64,000 nucleotides of DNA from a virus (taxonomy: Duplodnaviria > Caudoviricetes): the IMG/VR virus record IMGVR_UViG_2894657497_000001, positions 1 to 64,000 of that record. One strand, 5' to 3'. Of this stretch, positions 1-9,993 are shown one piece after another. Numbering within the stretch: the first letter of the stretch is position 1; each line of letters starts with the position of its first letter. The notes beneath the pieces are model-generated. The model had not been told where the DNA came from. It saw only the letters and a program-made list of their open reading frames with translations, and ran no database searches. The position numbers and the translations under genes were made by a program.

Positions 1-1206
1 TTAATCATAGTCGAAGCCTTTTGCCGGATCCTCCTCTCCAATAATAACGTGAGCGTATTGCTTCGTGGTGTTGATGTCCAGATGCCGGAGGGCACCCTGG
101 ACGTATTTTAGATCACCTCCCGATTTTTTCAACAACCACGACCCGTATGTGTGCCGAAGATTATGCAACGATAGTTCAGGGGGAAGACGGGCACGTTTAA
201 TGATCAGCGAAATTGAATTGGTAATATTTTCCAAATTCAACATACGGTGGCCACCTAAAACAAAACGACCCTCCCGAGGCATTTCTTTTAACAACGCACG
301 CAACCGATCCGGGATGACCACCACATCCGCCTCGCCAGACTTAGTAGTGAATTCCTCGCCATCAATTTCCTTGGCCTCGATTTTTATGACGCTCTCGTCC
401 AAGTCAACATCATCCCAGGTCATCCATTTTAATTCAGCGCGACGCATTCCGGTATAAAGAGCAATCATGGCCAAGTAGTATGCATACCCATGAGCGAGAT
501 GGGCATTGGCCTTGGCAGCGTCCAAAAAATTTGTGATTTCGGTCTTGGAGAGAGCCCGGCGCAGTTTTTTGCGCTTATCGGGACAATCGACCTTCCGGGC
601 AACGTTGTTTGCGACCATGCCCAGAGTTACCGCCTCGTCGATTATGGCCCGAAGAACCTCCAGATCGTTACGCACCGTTTTGGGCGCCACACCTTCGACA
701 GCCCGCCCATTTTTGGTATTTACGTGGACCAGCGTGCCCTCCAACCGCCCCAGAATAAATACCCTGACATCGTTCTCCGTCAGGGTTGGGATGGGGTAAT
801 CTTCGAGCCAGCCCAAAATAAAATCGGCGCGTCGCAGATTGATCGTATGGCCATAGGCCGTATTCGAGACTTTATTGGTGGTTTTGTAATTTTCAAAGAC
901 CCTCTTCAAGTCATAGGCGACAACGGCATCATTCCCGGCAAACTTGAGGGCCTCTTCCTCGGTCATCAGCCCCTCGTGTTGCGCCATAATGAGTTCTTTG
1001 GGCTTCGCGCTATGGGATCGTGTGCTATTTTCCAAAAACTCCGCACGCCGGCACAGAGTGTTTGCATCCCGCTGCGAGCCGCAATATTTATATTTATCCT
1101 TTGTCGAGCCATCGGGGAAATATAGCTGGTAACGCACCTGGAATAGAATCTTGTCCATGCCATTTTTGTCTTTGCCGCGCTTGTGCTTATAGATGGCCGC
1201 GGTCAT
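1..1206 (-). CDS. int: Tyrosine recombinase / phage integrase
   Basis: TGMRRAEL (catalytic R), LHNLRHT (HxxR), LRH...TTKQY (H, Y) motifs; 401 aa. Confidence 0.93.
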   Translation of the reverse strand: MTAAIYKHKRGKDKNGMDKILFQVRYQLYFPDGSTKDKYKYCGSQRDANTLCRRAEFLENSTRSHSAKPKELIMAQHEGLMTEEEALKFAGNDAVVAYDLKRVFENYKTTNKVSNTAYGHTINLRRADFILGWLEDYPIPTLTENDVRVFILGRLEGTLVHVNTKNGRAVEGVAPKTVRNDLEVLRAIIDEAVTLGMVANNVARKVDCPDKRKKLRRALSKTEITNFLDAAKANAHLAHGYAYYLAMIALYTGMRRAELKWMTWDDVDLDESVIKIEAKEIDGEEFTTKSGEADVVVIPDRLRALLKEMPREGRFVLGGHRMLNLENITNSISLIIKRARLPPELSLHNLRHTYGSWLLKKSGGDLKYVQGALRHLDINTTKQYAHVIIGEEDPAKGFDYD

Positions 1207-1769
1207 GGGCGCCTCATTACAAAGACAACTTTACCGATCATCGCAAAAGCCGAGAACGCCTCGGACGTGATAACCTCGTTCGCATATTTTTCGTTGTCAC
1301 ACGACAGGACCAAATCACCACTCGCCATAATCTGGATTCTCCTAACCATAAGATTTACAGCAACAAAAGCATAAATGCCATTTTCTGTAATAGGACCAGG
1401 CAAGGGCTCAACCAAGAGCACCTCGTCCTGCTGAAACGTCGGCGACATGCAATCAGATACCGCCATGAACAGCAGTAACCCGGCCAGCCGGTCCGAAACA
1501 TCACGGACACAGCCGCCATAGACATCAATTGCCACATAGCCATCTTTATTCGATTCTGGGGTAGGCAGAAGCATGTTGCCACGGCCCGACAGTATCCAAT
1601 TTACATCGAACCCCAGTTTTAGCAGTTCCATGAGAAGGTCGGTTTTAGGTTTGGCCCCCCCCTCATACTGCTGCCATGAGCGATTGGACACCCCTACCCG
1701 TTGAGCCATTTCGGATTGAGTGAGCCCCATAAATAGGCGAATTTCTTTCAACCGCTGAGGAATTTGCAT
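1203..1769 (-). CDS. CI/LexA-like repressor (XRE HTH + S24-like C-terminal domain)
   Basis: RLKEIRLFMGLTQSEMAQRVGVSNRSWQQYEGG HTH; C-terminal SDCMSP...VRRI...CDNEKY...IGKVV resembles the S24 domain; divergent from the rightward early genes. Confidence 0.85.
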   Translation of the reverse strand: MQIPQRLKEIRLFMGLTQSEMAQRVGVSNRSWQQYEGGAKPKTDLLMELLKLGFDVNWILSGRGNMLLPTPESNKDGYVAIDVYGGCVRDVSDRLAGLLLFMAVSDCMSPTFQQDEVLLVEPLPGPITENGIYAFVAVNLMVRRIQIMASGDLVLSCDNEKYANEVITSEAFSAFAMIGKVVFVMRRP

Positions 1770-1943
1770 AAGAGACCCACCAGATAAGTAAATGGTTGAC
1801 TGGACGCATTGAATTACATATACTGCGTCAAGTCCTGCGTAACTATAACACAAAATGTGTAGAAAAAAAGAGGCAAAAGGAGGTTTACGACTATTATGCG
1901 TAAAAACCGACATTTTAAAACGAAAGAAGGTGACGGTAAGTAA

Positions 1944-2261
1944 ATGGTAACAGAAACCGTAAAAAGTGCAATTTTAGCACGGGTTTTGGAATATATGGAG
2001 CAGCACCAAGAGGAAGGCGTCGCCAGGCTGGAAGCGGCCATGGCCAACGGGAAGATCCTCTACACCACCGCAGAGGTGATGGAGATGACCGGATGGGGGC
2101 GCAGTTACATTTTGCAACTCGTCAACGAGGGGATACTGCCGCACCTACCGGGGAACCCCCATCGGTTCCTGATCGCCCCGCTGAAACAGGCATTATACGA
2201 TTTGCAGACAGGTGGAGTTTTTGGCCGGAGGAAATCAAAACTTAAAACCAGGAGAAAATGA
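1944..2261 (+). CDS. Excisionase/AlpA-like helix-turn-helix protein
   Basis: LYTTAEVMEMTGWGRSYILQLVNEGILP is a typical Xis-type winged HTH; located next to repressor and integrase. Confidence 0.7.
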   Translation: MVTETVKSAILARVLEYMEQHQEEGVARLEAAMANGKILYTTAEVMEMTGWGRSYILQLVNEGILPHLPGNPHRFLIAPLKQALYDLQTGGVFGRRKSKLKTRRK

Positions 2262-2509
2262 TGCAATGCTTTGATGTACAGTGCCACGTTAAAGACCCCG
2301 AAATGTTGTCGTCGATTGTAGATAGCGTTTTTGCAGAACTGGAGCTTGACAAAACAGTAGAGGCATTTAAAGAAAAGCTTGATCCGCCGACAATACCGGA
2401 GTTTAATACTCTCGATGACCTTTTTATCAAGGCGAGCACCTTGATTTCGATGAAAGTGGCGCAAGCGCTGGTATGCGACAAGTGCAAAAAAAATGTAACC
2501 AGGCCGTAG
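2258..2509 (+). CDS. Hypothetical protein
   Basis: RBS AGGAG and ATGA overlap with the upstream gene. Confidence 0.55.
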   Translation: MMQCFDVQCHVKDPEMLSSIVDSVFAELELDKTVEAFKEKLDPPTIPEFNTLDDLFIKASTLISMKVAQALVCDKCKKNVTRP

Positions 2510-2534
2510 CGCATACAAAACAGCAGAGGGCTTA

Positions 2535-3137
2535 ATGGTAGAAATTAAGACCAGGTTGATCAGCAGACAGTGGATGCGAGCCGCAAAAGCGTGGCGCTGT
2601 TTTCTGGAACTGCCGGATGAACAAAAAATAGCCGTCCAATTAACCGGGTATATTGGGGATCAGTTCTCGGTGACCATCATTACCGAGACTGAGACATGCG
2701 ATATCGACCCGGCATACATAGTGGACATCCCAAATAAGGGAAAACGGTTTCATCTGGTGCTGGAAACGGTATTCGAGAACCAGGCATCCATCGGGCCGAC
2801 GCTCACCGCCATGGTGGGCAGCACCGCGACCCTGATCATCAACCACAAAATAGGCGATCAAGGGGGAATGGATACTCCCCTCCCCCACTTTCCAGAAGAC
2901 AATGAACGTGGAGACCTCATAGAGAACGCAGCCTTGCGAGGTCTCCACGCAACATTTTTCAAAAACGAACGCTTCCAGGCTTTTATTACCTCAAAAACAG
3001 GCCAATCAATCCACGACGAGAGCACCTGCAAAGAAGTGTTCAAGGAATACATGGCCGTCAAAAGCTGCAAAGACCTCACCCAGAAGCAATACCTCGAAGT
3101 GCTACACGAATTCAACGAGTGGATAAAAAAACGATGA
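2535..3137 (+). CDS. Hypothetical protein
   Basis: 200-aa ORF with RBS, in operon. Confidence 0.65.
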   Translation: MVEIKTRLISRQWMRAAKAWRCFLELPDEQKIAVQLTGYIGDQFSVTIITETETCDIDPAYIVDIPNKGKRFHLVLETVFENQASIGPTLTAMVGSTATLIINHKIGDQGGMDTPLPHFPEDNERGDLIENAALRGLHATFFKNERFQAFITSKTGQSIHDESTCKEVFKEYMAVKSCKDLTQKQYLEVLHEFNEWIKKR

Positions 3138-3667
3138 TATGGCAGCCCACAGAACATCAAGCGGAACGGGCCAGGCGCCTGATCAACGTCCGCGGCAGGT
3201 TTATCAACTGCCGGCACTACGCGGTAAAGGCAAAGGCGATCAACTGCAAAAAGCATGGACCGCGGAAAACATGCCGAGGCTGCCGGACCTGCCCGGCCTG
3301 CGACGGGACGCTGGCGTTCGACCAGATATCGGCGATCCCAGGACAGCGGCGCACCACCATCTATGAGACGTATTCGTGTGTCCACTGCGGGGCGATTATT
3401 GAACACGAGTATGTAGCGTATACCGAACAGCAACCCCCAAACCAGCGCCGAGGGAAATGTCAGGTGGAGGGCTGCCGCAGGACCGCCTACGAGGGGCACG
3501 AGCACCAGGATGGCAAGACCTGGACCGTGTGCGTTACCCACTTCCGCAGGATGAAAACGTGGCGGGCCAGCGAAAAGGGCGAGGACCAGAAACCACTCAT
3601 AGTGGCAATGGGCCGGCTGGTGGACAACCCGAGCTATTGGACAAAGCAAAAAAGGAGGAAGTCGTGA
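3134..3667 (+). CDS. Cys-rich putative zinc-binding protein
   Basis: Several CxxC motifs (CRGCRTCPAC, CVHC, CQVEGC); ATGA overlap. Confidence 0.55.
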   Translation: MIWQPTEHQAERARRLINVRGRFINCRHYAVKAKAINCKKHGPRKTCRGCRTCPACDGTLAFDQISAIPGQRRTTIYETYSCVHCGAIIEHEYVAYTEQQPPNQRRGKCQVEGCRRTAYEGHEHQDGKTWTVCVTHFRRMKTWRASEKGEDQKPLIVAMGRLVDNPSYWTKQKRRKS

Positions 3668-4008
3668 GCAATGGGAAATTTCATGCGATAGCTGAAAAGA
3701 TCGCAAACACAGTTGCCAAGAAGAATGCGGCCTATGGGGATAGTACGACAAAGTGCGGAGAGTTCCTGGAGCTGCTGTACCCGAACGGTGTCCAACCCGA
3801 GCAATACGCCGATATGCTCGGGGTCGTGCGCGTATTCGACAAGCTGATGCGAATCGCAAACGACAAGGACGCATTCGGAGAAGATCCGTGGGAGGATATC
3901 GCCGGGTATGGCATTATTGGGGTGGAACGTGGTACTAGAAAGGCAGATCATCCCGGGCCGCTCAACGAGCCCCGGCTGCATGCAACTATAATCGGCGGGA
4001 CTCGCTAA
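3664..4008 (+). CDS. DUF1599-like nucleotide-modification-associated protein
   Basis: KKNAAYGDS...DKLMRI...EDPWEDIAGY signature; GTG start after AGGAGG. Confidence 0.6.
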   Translation: MSNGKFHAIAEKIANTVAKKNAAYGDSTTKCGEFLELLYPNGVQPEQYADMLGVVRVFDKLMRIANDKDAFGEDPWEDIAGYGIIGVERGTRKADHPGPLNEPRLHATIIGGTR

Positions 4009-4045
4009 AGCGAGCCGCACAAACAAACAGAAAAGGAGAACTGGT

Positions 4046-4288
4046 ATGGCAGGAATCGCAGATCTGGCAAAAAGAGCAGGAGTCAAAGAGGATGACGTCA
4101 AAAGCGTCATTGATGCAATCAAGAGCCTGACGGCAACCGAGCGTGTCAATATTCATGGTTTTGGCACATTCAAAACCACGCACAGGGCGGCGAGGAAGGG
4201 GAACAATCCCAAAACAGGGAAACCGATCCAGATCGCAGCGAAATCGGTGATCACGTTCAAGGCGACCCAGGCCAAGCCGGAGAAGTAG
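4046..4288 (+). CDS. hup: HU-family histone-like DNA-binding protein
   Basis: VNIHGFGTF...RAARKGNNPKTGKPIQI motif. Confidence 0.9.
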   Translation: MAGIADLAKRAGVKEDDVKSVIDAIKSLTATERVNIHGFGTFKTTHRAARKGNNPKTGKPIQIAAKSVITFKATQAKPEK

Positions 4289-4441
4289 CAGGGTTAAAAC
4301 GCCAGCAAACCGGACGCAGAACCGGGACGACGGCCCGAAAGCGAATACCTTAATTGAGGAATTGGGGGAGACGCAGGGGGGTAAGCACGTCGGAATCAAA
4401 TGCTTCGGGGGGGTATCGCGTCCCCCCTTCATTTTAACCTG
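4289..4441 (+). ncRNA. Candidate structured intergenic RNA
   Basis: Ends pair (CAGGGTTAAAA / TTTTAACCTG); internal hairpins CGGG..CCCG, AAGCA..TGCTT, GGGGGG-TATCGCGT-CCCCCC. Confidence 0.3.
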
Positions 4442-4478
4442 TCTGTAGCGCATATCGGACAGCATGGAGACTCGTCAG

Positions 4479-5072
4479 ATGGCAATCAACAAGAAAAAGG
4501 CCGAGAAGATACTTGGCGTGAAAGAGGCGGAAGGTCGGGAAAGCATCCGCAAGGCATACCGGTGCCTGGCCAAGAAACACCATCCAGACGCAGGCGGCAA
4601 AAAAGAGGATTTCGAGCTATTGCAGATCGCCATGGACACCCTGCTCGACGAAGACAAGGAACCAGGGCAGCCGGTCCAGGATTTTATGAAGGCATTCCAA
4701 CAGGCGGTCACTGGATGCAACCCCACCAGAGACGACCTCATCAAAAGGACTCGGGACGTACTGTGCAAAAAGATCAATGGCCTGCAGCAGCAGATCGAGG
4801 CGAACCGGAAAGCGATAGCAAACAGCGAACTGATCATAAGCCGGCTTACCTGCAAGCGCCCCAACGATCCAGTCAAAGTCATGCTCGAGAACGCCGCCGC
4901 CAGTTCCAAGCAGGTGATAAAGCAACTGGAAGGGATGATCGAGAGCATGCAGGGAGCGCTAGAAATCGCCGATGCCTACGAGTACCGCACAGACCCGCCG
5001 CAGGATACTACAACATTATCAATAGCGGCATTCATGGACCAATTTGATGGATACTTCAACACCACCGCGTAA
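4479..5072 (+). CDS. DnaJ-domain protein with C-terminal coiled coil
   Basis: ILGV...IRKAYRCLAKKHHPDAGG J-domain with HPD motif. Confidence 0.85.
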   Translation: MAINKKKAEKILGVKEAEGRESIRKAYRCLAKKHHPDAGGKKEDFELLQIAMDTLLDEDKEPGQPVQDFMKAFQQAVTGCNPTRDDLIKRTRDVLCKKINGLQQQIEANRKAIANSELIISRLTCKRPNDPVKVMLENAAASSKQVIKQLEGMIESMQGALEIADAYEYRTDPPQDTTTLSIAAFMDQFDGYFNTTA

Positions 5073-5082
5073 GGAGATCATC

Positions 5083-5676
5083 ATGCGTAAATTCGAAACG
5101 ATGCTGCAATGGGTTAACGGGCGCAGGGGAAAACTGCTGACACCGCAGGAAGCCGCCACAACGGGGATATCCCCTGGTTATGCCGCGCAGATTATGGCCG
5201 AGATCCACCGCCAGGGGGGAGGATTCAAGGAGAAGATCGCCGGCGAGACGGTCTACAAGTTCGATTACCAGGTGGAGATGAAACACATCGAGCCGGTGCT
5301 GGAACGGGGCCGGGAATCGGCGAGACTGAGCGCAGAGAACAGGGCTGCACAGACCGCCCCGGGACAGACCGATGAGCAGAGCGCCCTCGACTTCGCCGAC
5401 AAGCCCCAGGCGGGAACCGAACCTCCCAAAACCATGGAGAGCCCCAAAACGATTGAGCCGTGGTTCCTGCAAAAAATGGTGGAGCCTGGGAAGTATGCGC
5501 TACTGATGGCGGCGGGAAGCTCGATAGAAATCGAGAAAATCGTTCGCTATTACCACAACAGCACCGGCATCGCCATGTTGGACGTCGTTCTGCTCCCGAC
5601 TTCCGGCGCCGGCACGACCCGCATGGCAACCATCAACTACGCCCACGTCGCGGCGGCATTCGAAAGGGAGAAGTGA
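5083..5676 (+). CDS. Hypothetical protein (possible N-terminal HTH)
   Basis: AAGGAG RBS; LTPQEAATTGISPGYAAQIM. Confidence 0.55.
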   Translation: MRKFETMLQWVNGRRGKLLTPQEAATTGISPGYAAQIMAEIHRQGGGFKEKIAGETVYKFDYQVEMKHIEPVLERGRESARLSAENRAAQTAPGQTDEQSALDFADKPQAGTEPPKTMESPKTIEPWFLQKMVEPGKYALLMAAGSSIEIEKIVRYYHNSTGIAMLDVVLLPTSGAGTTRMATINYAHVAAAFEREK

Positions 5677-5679
5677 CCC

Positions 5680-5901
5680 ATGGGGAATGAGGAACTGGCA
5701 AAGGCGCTCCACGAGGCAGGGAGAGCCGCAGTAGAGCAAGGGGCAACCGTGGCCGCTGAGAAGTTTGGGGAAAAGACCAGGAAGTTTCTGGAATGGGACG
5801 AGATCACCGAGCCCGCCAGAGAAGGCCGCAGGATCCAAGCCGCATGGCTGCAGGAGCATTTCACTATCACCCCCAAGGGAACAACTACGCCCACTATGTA
5901 G
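5680..5901 (+). CDS. Hypothetical protein
   Basis: 73-aa ORF with RBS, in operon. Confidence 0.5.
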   Translation: MGNEELAKALHEAGRAAVEQGATVAAEKFGEKTRKFLEWDEITEPAREGRRIQAAWLQEHFTITPKGTTTPTM

Positions 5902-5924
5902 CGCATGGCAAACAAGGAGAACCA

Positions 5925-7418
5925 ATGTCCGTCAGAGAGAAAATAAGAGAGAAGTACAAGGGCAAGCCCGCTCCGAAGAACAAGAACGACGACCGGACCA
6001 TCGATAACCTGGCTACTCCGGCCAAGGAAATAAGCCCGGAGTCGATAGCAGACCTCCGCCCATCAGGATATAACCCCAGGACGATCACGGCAGAGCAACA
6101 GAAGATGCTGCAGGAGTCCATGAAGGTGTACGGCGACCTGGGAGGCATCGTGTTCAACCACACCACGGGGCGCCTGATCGGCGGGCACCAGCGGTCCAAG
6201 ATGCTGGACCCGAACTGGCAGATCACCAAGGAGCCCCAGACCGACTCCACCGGGACCATCGCCATAGGCTACGCCCTCACCCCATACGGGAAGTTTTCGT
6301 ACAGGGAAGTGGCATGGCCGGAGGACAAGGAAAAGGCAGCCAACATCGCGGCGAACAAGATGGGCGGCGTGTTCGAGGACGAGACGCTGGCCCTGCTGCT
6401 CAAAGACCTCTACGACCAGGACAGCGAATACCTGAACCTGACCGGCCACGATCAGAACGAACTGGAAGAACTGCTCGGCCTGAACGAGAAGGAGAAGCTC
6501 GGCAAGGAAGACCCCGAGGTTTTGCCGGTAGAAGATCCGTTCGTCAAGCTGGGCGACCTGTGGGTACTCGGGGAAAACCGTCTACTGTGCGGAGACAGCA
6601 CCAGCATCGCCGACCTTGACAAGCTGATGATGGGGGAAAAAGCCGATCTGGTGTGGACCGACCCGCCATACAACGTCAAATACGAAAGCAAGGCCGGAAA
6701 GATCAAGAACGACAACATGAGCCCCGAGGCATTCAAGGAATTCCTGCTGTCGGTGTTCTCGGTCATGCATTACGCGCTCAAGCCGGGCGGCTGCTTTTAC
6801 ATCGCCCATGCCGAGGGCAACAACATCGGCGACGTGTTCCGTTCCGCGGTCAACGGGATCAAGGGCCTGCTCATGAAACAGTGCATCATATGGGTAAAGG
6901 ACTGCGCGGTCCTGGGCCGGCAAGACTACAACTGGAAGCACGAGCCGATCCTGTACGGATGGAAGGAAGGCGCCGGCCACTATTTCAACGGAGATTTCAC
7001 CCAGACCACCGTGATCGACGATGCCCCGGACATTTCCAAGATGGACAAGAAGCAACTCCAGGCATGCATCACCGAGATGCGCAACCGGGAAGTTTCCAGT
7101 GTGATCAGGATCCAAAAGCCGGCAAAGAGCGAATGGCACCCAACCATCAAGCCCGTCAAACTCGTGGAAAGGAACGTCTACGCTAGCAGCCTGCCCGGGG
7201 AAATCGTGCTCGACCTGTTCAACGGATCAGGAACCACCATCATCACCTGCAGGAAGACCGGGCGGCGCGGCAGGGGGATGGAACTGGACCCGAGATACGC
7301 CGAGGCGACGCTGAAGAGGTACATGGAATACTGCGGCGAGGAACCGATGCTCATGGGCGCAGACGGGAAGATGACGCCGTTCTCGGAAGTCGAAAAACAG
7401 CGCAAAGCCAACGCATAA
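5925..7418 (+). CDS. ParB-like N-terminal domain fused to an N6A/N4C DNA methyltransferase (beta-type motif order)
   Basis: YNPRTI...LIGGHQR (ParB-like); TDPPYN catalytic motif; HPTIKP; LDLFNGSGTT SAM-binding motif. Confidence 0.9.
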   Translation: MSVREKIREKYKGKPAPKNKNDDRTIDNLATPAKEISPESIADLRPSGYNPRTITAEQQKMLQESMKVYGDLGGIVFNHTTGRLIGGHQRSKMLDPNWQITKEPQTDSTGTIAIGYALTPYGKFSYREVAWPEDKEKAANIAANKMGGVFEDETLALLLKDLYDQDSEYLNLTGHDQNELEELLGLNEKEKLGKEDPEVLPVEDPFVKLGDLWVLGENRLLCGDSTSIADLDKLMMGEKADLVWTDPPYNVKYESKAGKIKNDNMSPEAFKEFLLSVFSVMHYALKPGGCFYIAHAEGNNIGDVFRSAVNGIKGLLMKQCIIWVKDCAVLGRQDYNWKHEPILYGWKEGAGHYFNGDFTQTTVIDDAPDISKMDKKQLQACITEMRNREVSSVIRIQKPAKSEWHPTIKPVKLVERNVYASSLPGEIVLDLFNGSGTTIITCRKTGRRGRGMELDPRYAEATLKRYMEYCGEEPMLMGADGKMTPFSEVEKQRKANA

Positions 7419-7440
7419 TCAAAAAAAGGAGAGCATCCCC

Positions 7441-7782
7441 ATGATTTACTATATTACGAATTTCAAATTTAACAGCTTTATAGGCATTTTATTGTTCTGG
7501 GTTCCACTCGCTTTTTGCGCGGTAGGGTACACAATCCGCACGGCCAAAGACTACATGGAGGACAAGACGGACCGTGCAAAAGCCGAGTCGGAGGGCACAA
7601 GCTATTCCCCAACCGTCACAGTTGGGACTTTGATCGGGCGGGGGATCGTCTCCGTAGTGCCGATAGCAAATATCTGGGCAGCATTATTCGATGTGGCCCC
7701 GGAGCTTTTCAGTAAAACGTTCCTAGTGATCGGGAAACTATTCAACATCCCGCTGGTCCCGAAACGAAAGAAACAGGCATAA
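7441..7782 (+). CDS. Hypothetical membrane protein
   Basis: Two hydrophobic segments; AGGAG RBS. Confidence 0.55.
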   Translation: MIYYITNFKFNSFIGILLFWVPLAFCAVGYTIRTAKDYMEDKTDRAKAESEGTSYSPTVTVGTLIGRGIVSVVPIANIWAALFDVAPELFSKTFLVIGKLFNIPLVPKRKKQA

Positions 7783-7817
7783 CCACAGGGCAGCGCATAC
7801 CAAACAGGAGAAACGAA

Positions 7818-9507
7818 ATGCTCAAGACATTCTATATGCTGAAACGGCTCAGAAAGGCCATCCAATACAACTGCGCGATCAGGGCGGAACAACTCGAGGA
7901 CGGGTTGAAACTCGAAGTCGCGTTCCCGGATCCCAAAACGCAGAAGCTCCTGGGCATCAGCAAAACATTCAGCCTGCAGGAACTCAAGGACTGCAAGAGC
8001 AGTGATGATGCCCTGGTGGAAGAATTCGCCACAGGGGTGCGAGACGCAATCGCCAAAACGTGGGCAATGCCATGACCGGGAACCGATTCGAAAAGACCAG
8101 CGGAGTCATGGTGGACGTTCCGAGGTGGGGCCATAGAATAAACCTGCTCTTCTGGCAACGCCTTGGGACTAATTTCTTAATCGCACAGCCGGTTGTGATG
8201 ACACAGGCAGAGGAAGGTGAGCCATGCGAACCGACCCTCTCGCTCGACCCAGGAGCCGCCCAGGAACTCATGGACGAACTTTACCGAGTGGGCATCAGGC
8301 CGACCGAGGCCGTCGACAGCACCGGGGAACTCAATGCTACCAAATACCACCTGGAGGACATGCGCAAGCTGGCGCTCCAGGGGAAAGAAAGGGAACCGCA
8401 ACGATGAACGTTTTTAATCGGATATTCTCTGCTCTTTGTGGCAGGGATGCAAAGCCGAAGAGAGAACCTCGGTATATCGTGATCAGGCCGGATGAAGCGG
8501 ACGTGCAGATTGCCATTCGCAGACGTTATGACATCTTAGGATCGGCATTAAAGGAAGGATCATCCAGCGAGGCGAGATACGACCTGTGGCGCTGTATCGC
8601 CAGACACTACCCCGATACGGAAAAAGGGAACTGGAAAATAAGCATGGGGGGAACAATCATCGTCCTCACTGAAATAATCGACTGACCAGATGAGCCAATG
8701 ATGGAGGGAACAATGTGCAACCAGAACTGCCACATCGACGTGCTCAACGGGTCAGAAATCGTGAGTCTCAAAGAGATCACGGAGAACTCAATCGTTATTA
8801 TCAGAGGCACCGGGCCAAACTTTGAGCTTTCCCAATGTCTCGCAAAGCAGATACCCCCCGGCACGCTCATATGGATGGCCCGAGAAGGCGAAGGCATTGA
8901 GGTACTCGAAGAAACAGAGATGAACCGGCTCGGATGGTACAGGAAGTGAGCACAACCGACCCACGATATGCGCGGACGCTCGGCGAGGCGGCCAAGAATC
9001 CAGACGGGACGTACAACGCCATCAAAGCGCTGTCGTGGCTGTCGGAGTGCTTCTCCCCAGGGCGCGGGATACCAGAAAGCGAAGTCCGGCAGATGGCAGA
9101 AGATGCGATACAAGCCCGGAAGAGTACGGCAGAAAATGCGATACAAGCCCGGAAGAGTACGGCAGAAAATGCAAACGAACAATGAGCAGCACACCACCAC
9201 ACCATAGGAGGAACCACAAATGTACGATGACCTGAAGATGGACGCACCAATCAACTCCAGACAACTCGCCTCAGTAGAAATACGAGAATTCGGTGCCAAG
9301 CTGGCGGACCGCGCAAACAGCCTGGCGGAGAAGGTAGAAACAAGACTCCGGCCCATAACTACCCCCCCCAGCCCCAATCCAGGCAAATCAAGCCCCGGAG
9401 AGGATAGCAAATACCCTCCGCTGTTCCAAGAACTCAATGGCATTCTCGAATCGATTAGCGATTCGCTGGATGCTATCGACGGCACCATATACCGCGTGGA
9501 ACTGTAG
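7818..9507 (+). CDS. Cluster of about six small hypothetical genes (7818-8075, ~8072-8407, ~8404-8685, 8698-8949, ~8946-9185, 9220-9507)
   Basis: Tightly coupled ORFs with ATGA/GTGA overlaps and RBSs. Confidence 0.55.
9095..9172 (+). repeat. 33-bp tandem duplication (about 2.4 copies) inside a small ORF
   Basis: GGCAGAARATGCGATACAAGCCCGGAAGAGTAC repeated in frame. Confidence 0.85.
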
Positions 9508-9573
9508 GAAGCGACGGCGCACGGGATTGTTTCGACCGTGCGCCGCTATATAAACGAAAGGGAGAACACAGCA

Positions 9574-9993
9574 ATGGCAAAGAAGCACGCCGGAGGCAGA
9601 CCGACCAAGTTCAACCAGGACGTCGCCGACAAGATCATCGCCGCAATACGTAACGGGAACTACATGGACGTGGCTGCGGCATTCGGCGGTATCACAAAGG
9701 AAACTCTCTACGCCTGGATGCGAGAAGGAGCCAGCAAAACCAAGGGGCCGATGCACGAGTTTTCTGACTCTGTTAGAAAGGCGCTCGCGGATGCCGAGGC
9801 TACAGACCTCGCGCTCATCAGGAAAGCGGCACTCGACGGCGCATGGCAGGCTGCGGCATGGCGGTTGGAACGCCGGTTCAAGAGCAGATGGGGCAAGACC
9901 ATCGACGTAACCAACGATCTGAAAAATAAGACCAACGAGGAACTCCTTGCACTACTCGAAGACGCAGATACTGATGGAGTTGGAGCGGCGTAA
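9574..9993 (+). CDS. Terminase small subunit-like protein
   Basis: GGRPTKFNQDVADKII N-terminus, HTH, WQAAAWRLERRF; directly upstream of and overlapping terL. Confidence 0.75.
   Translation: MAKKHAGGRPTKFNQDVADKIIAAIRNGNYMDVAAAFGGITKETLYAWMREGASKTKGPMHEFSDSVRKALADAEATDLALIRKAALDGAWQAAAWRLERRFKSRWGKTIDVTNDLKNKTNEELLALLEDADTDGVGAA

Noticed and set aside
1-60. Attachment site
   Set aside because: The window begins at the integrase stop codon, so att and host flank lie outside it
4009-4017. Isolated AGCGAGCCG matching the edge repeat
   Set aside because: Single copy with no 36-nt periodicity around it
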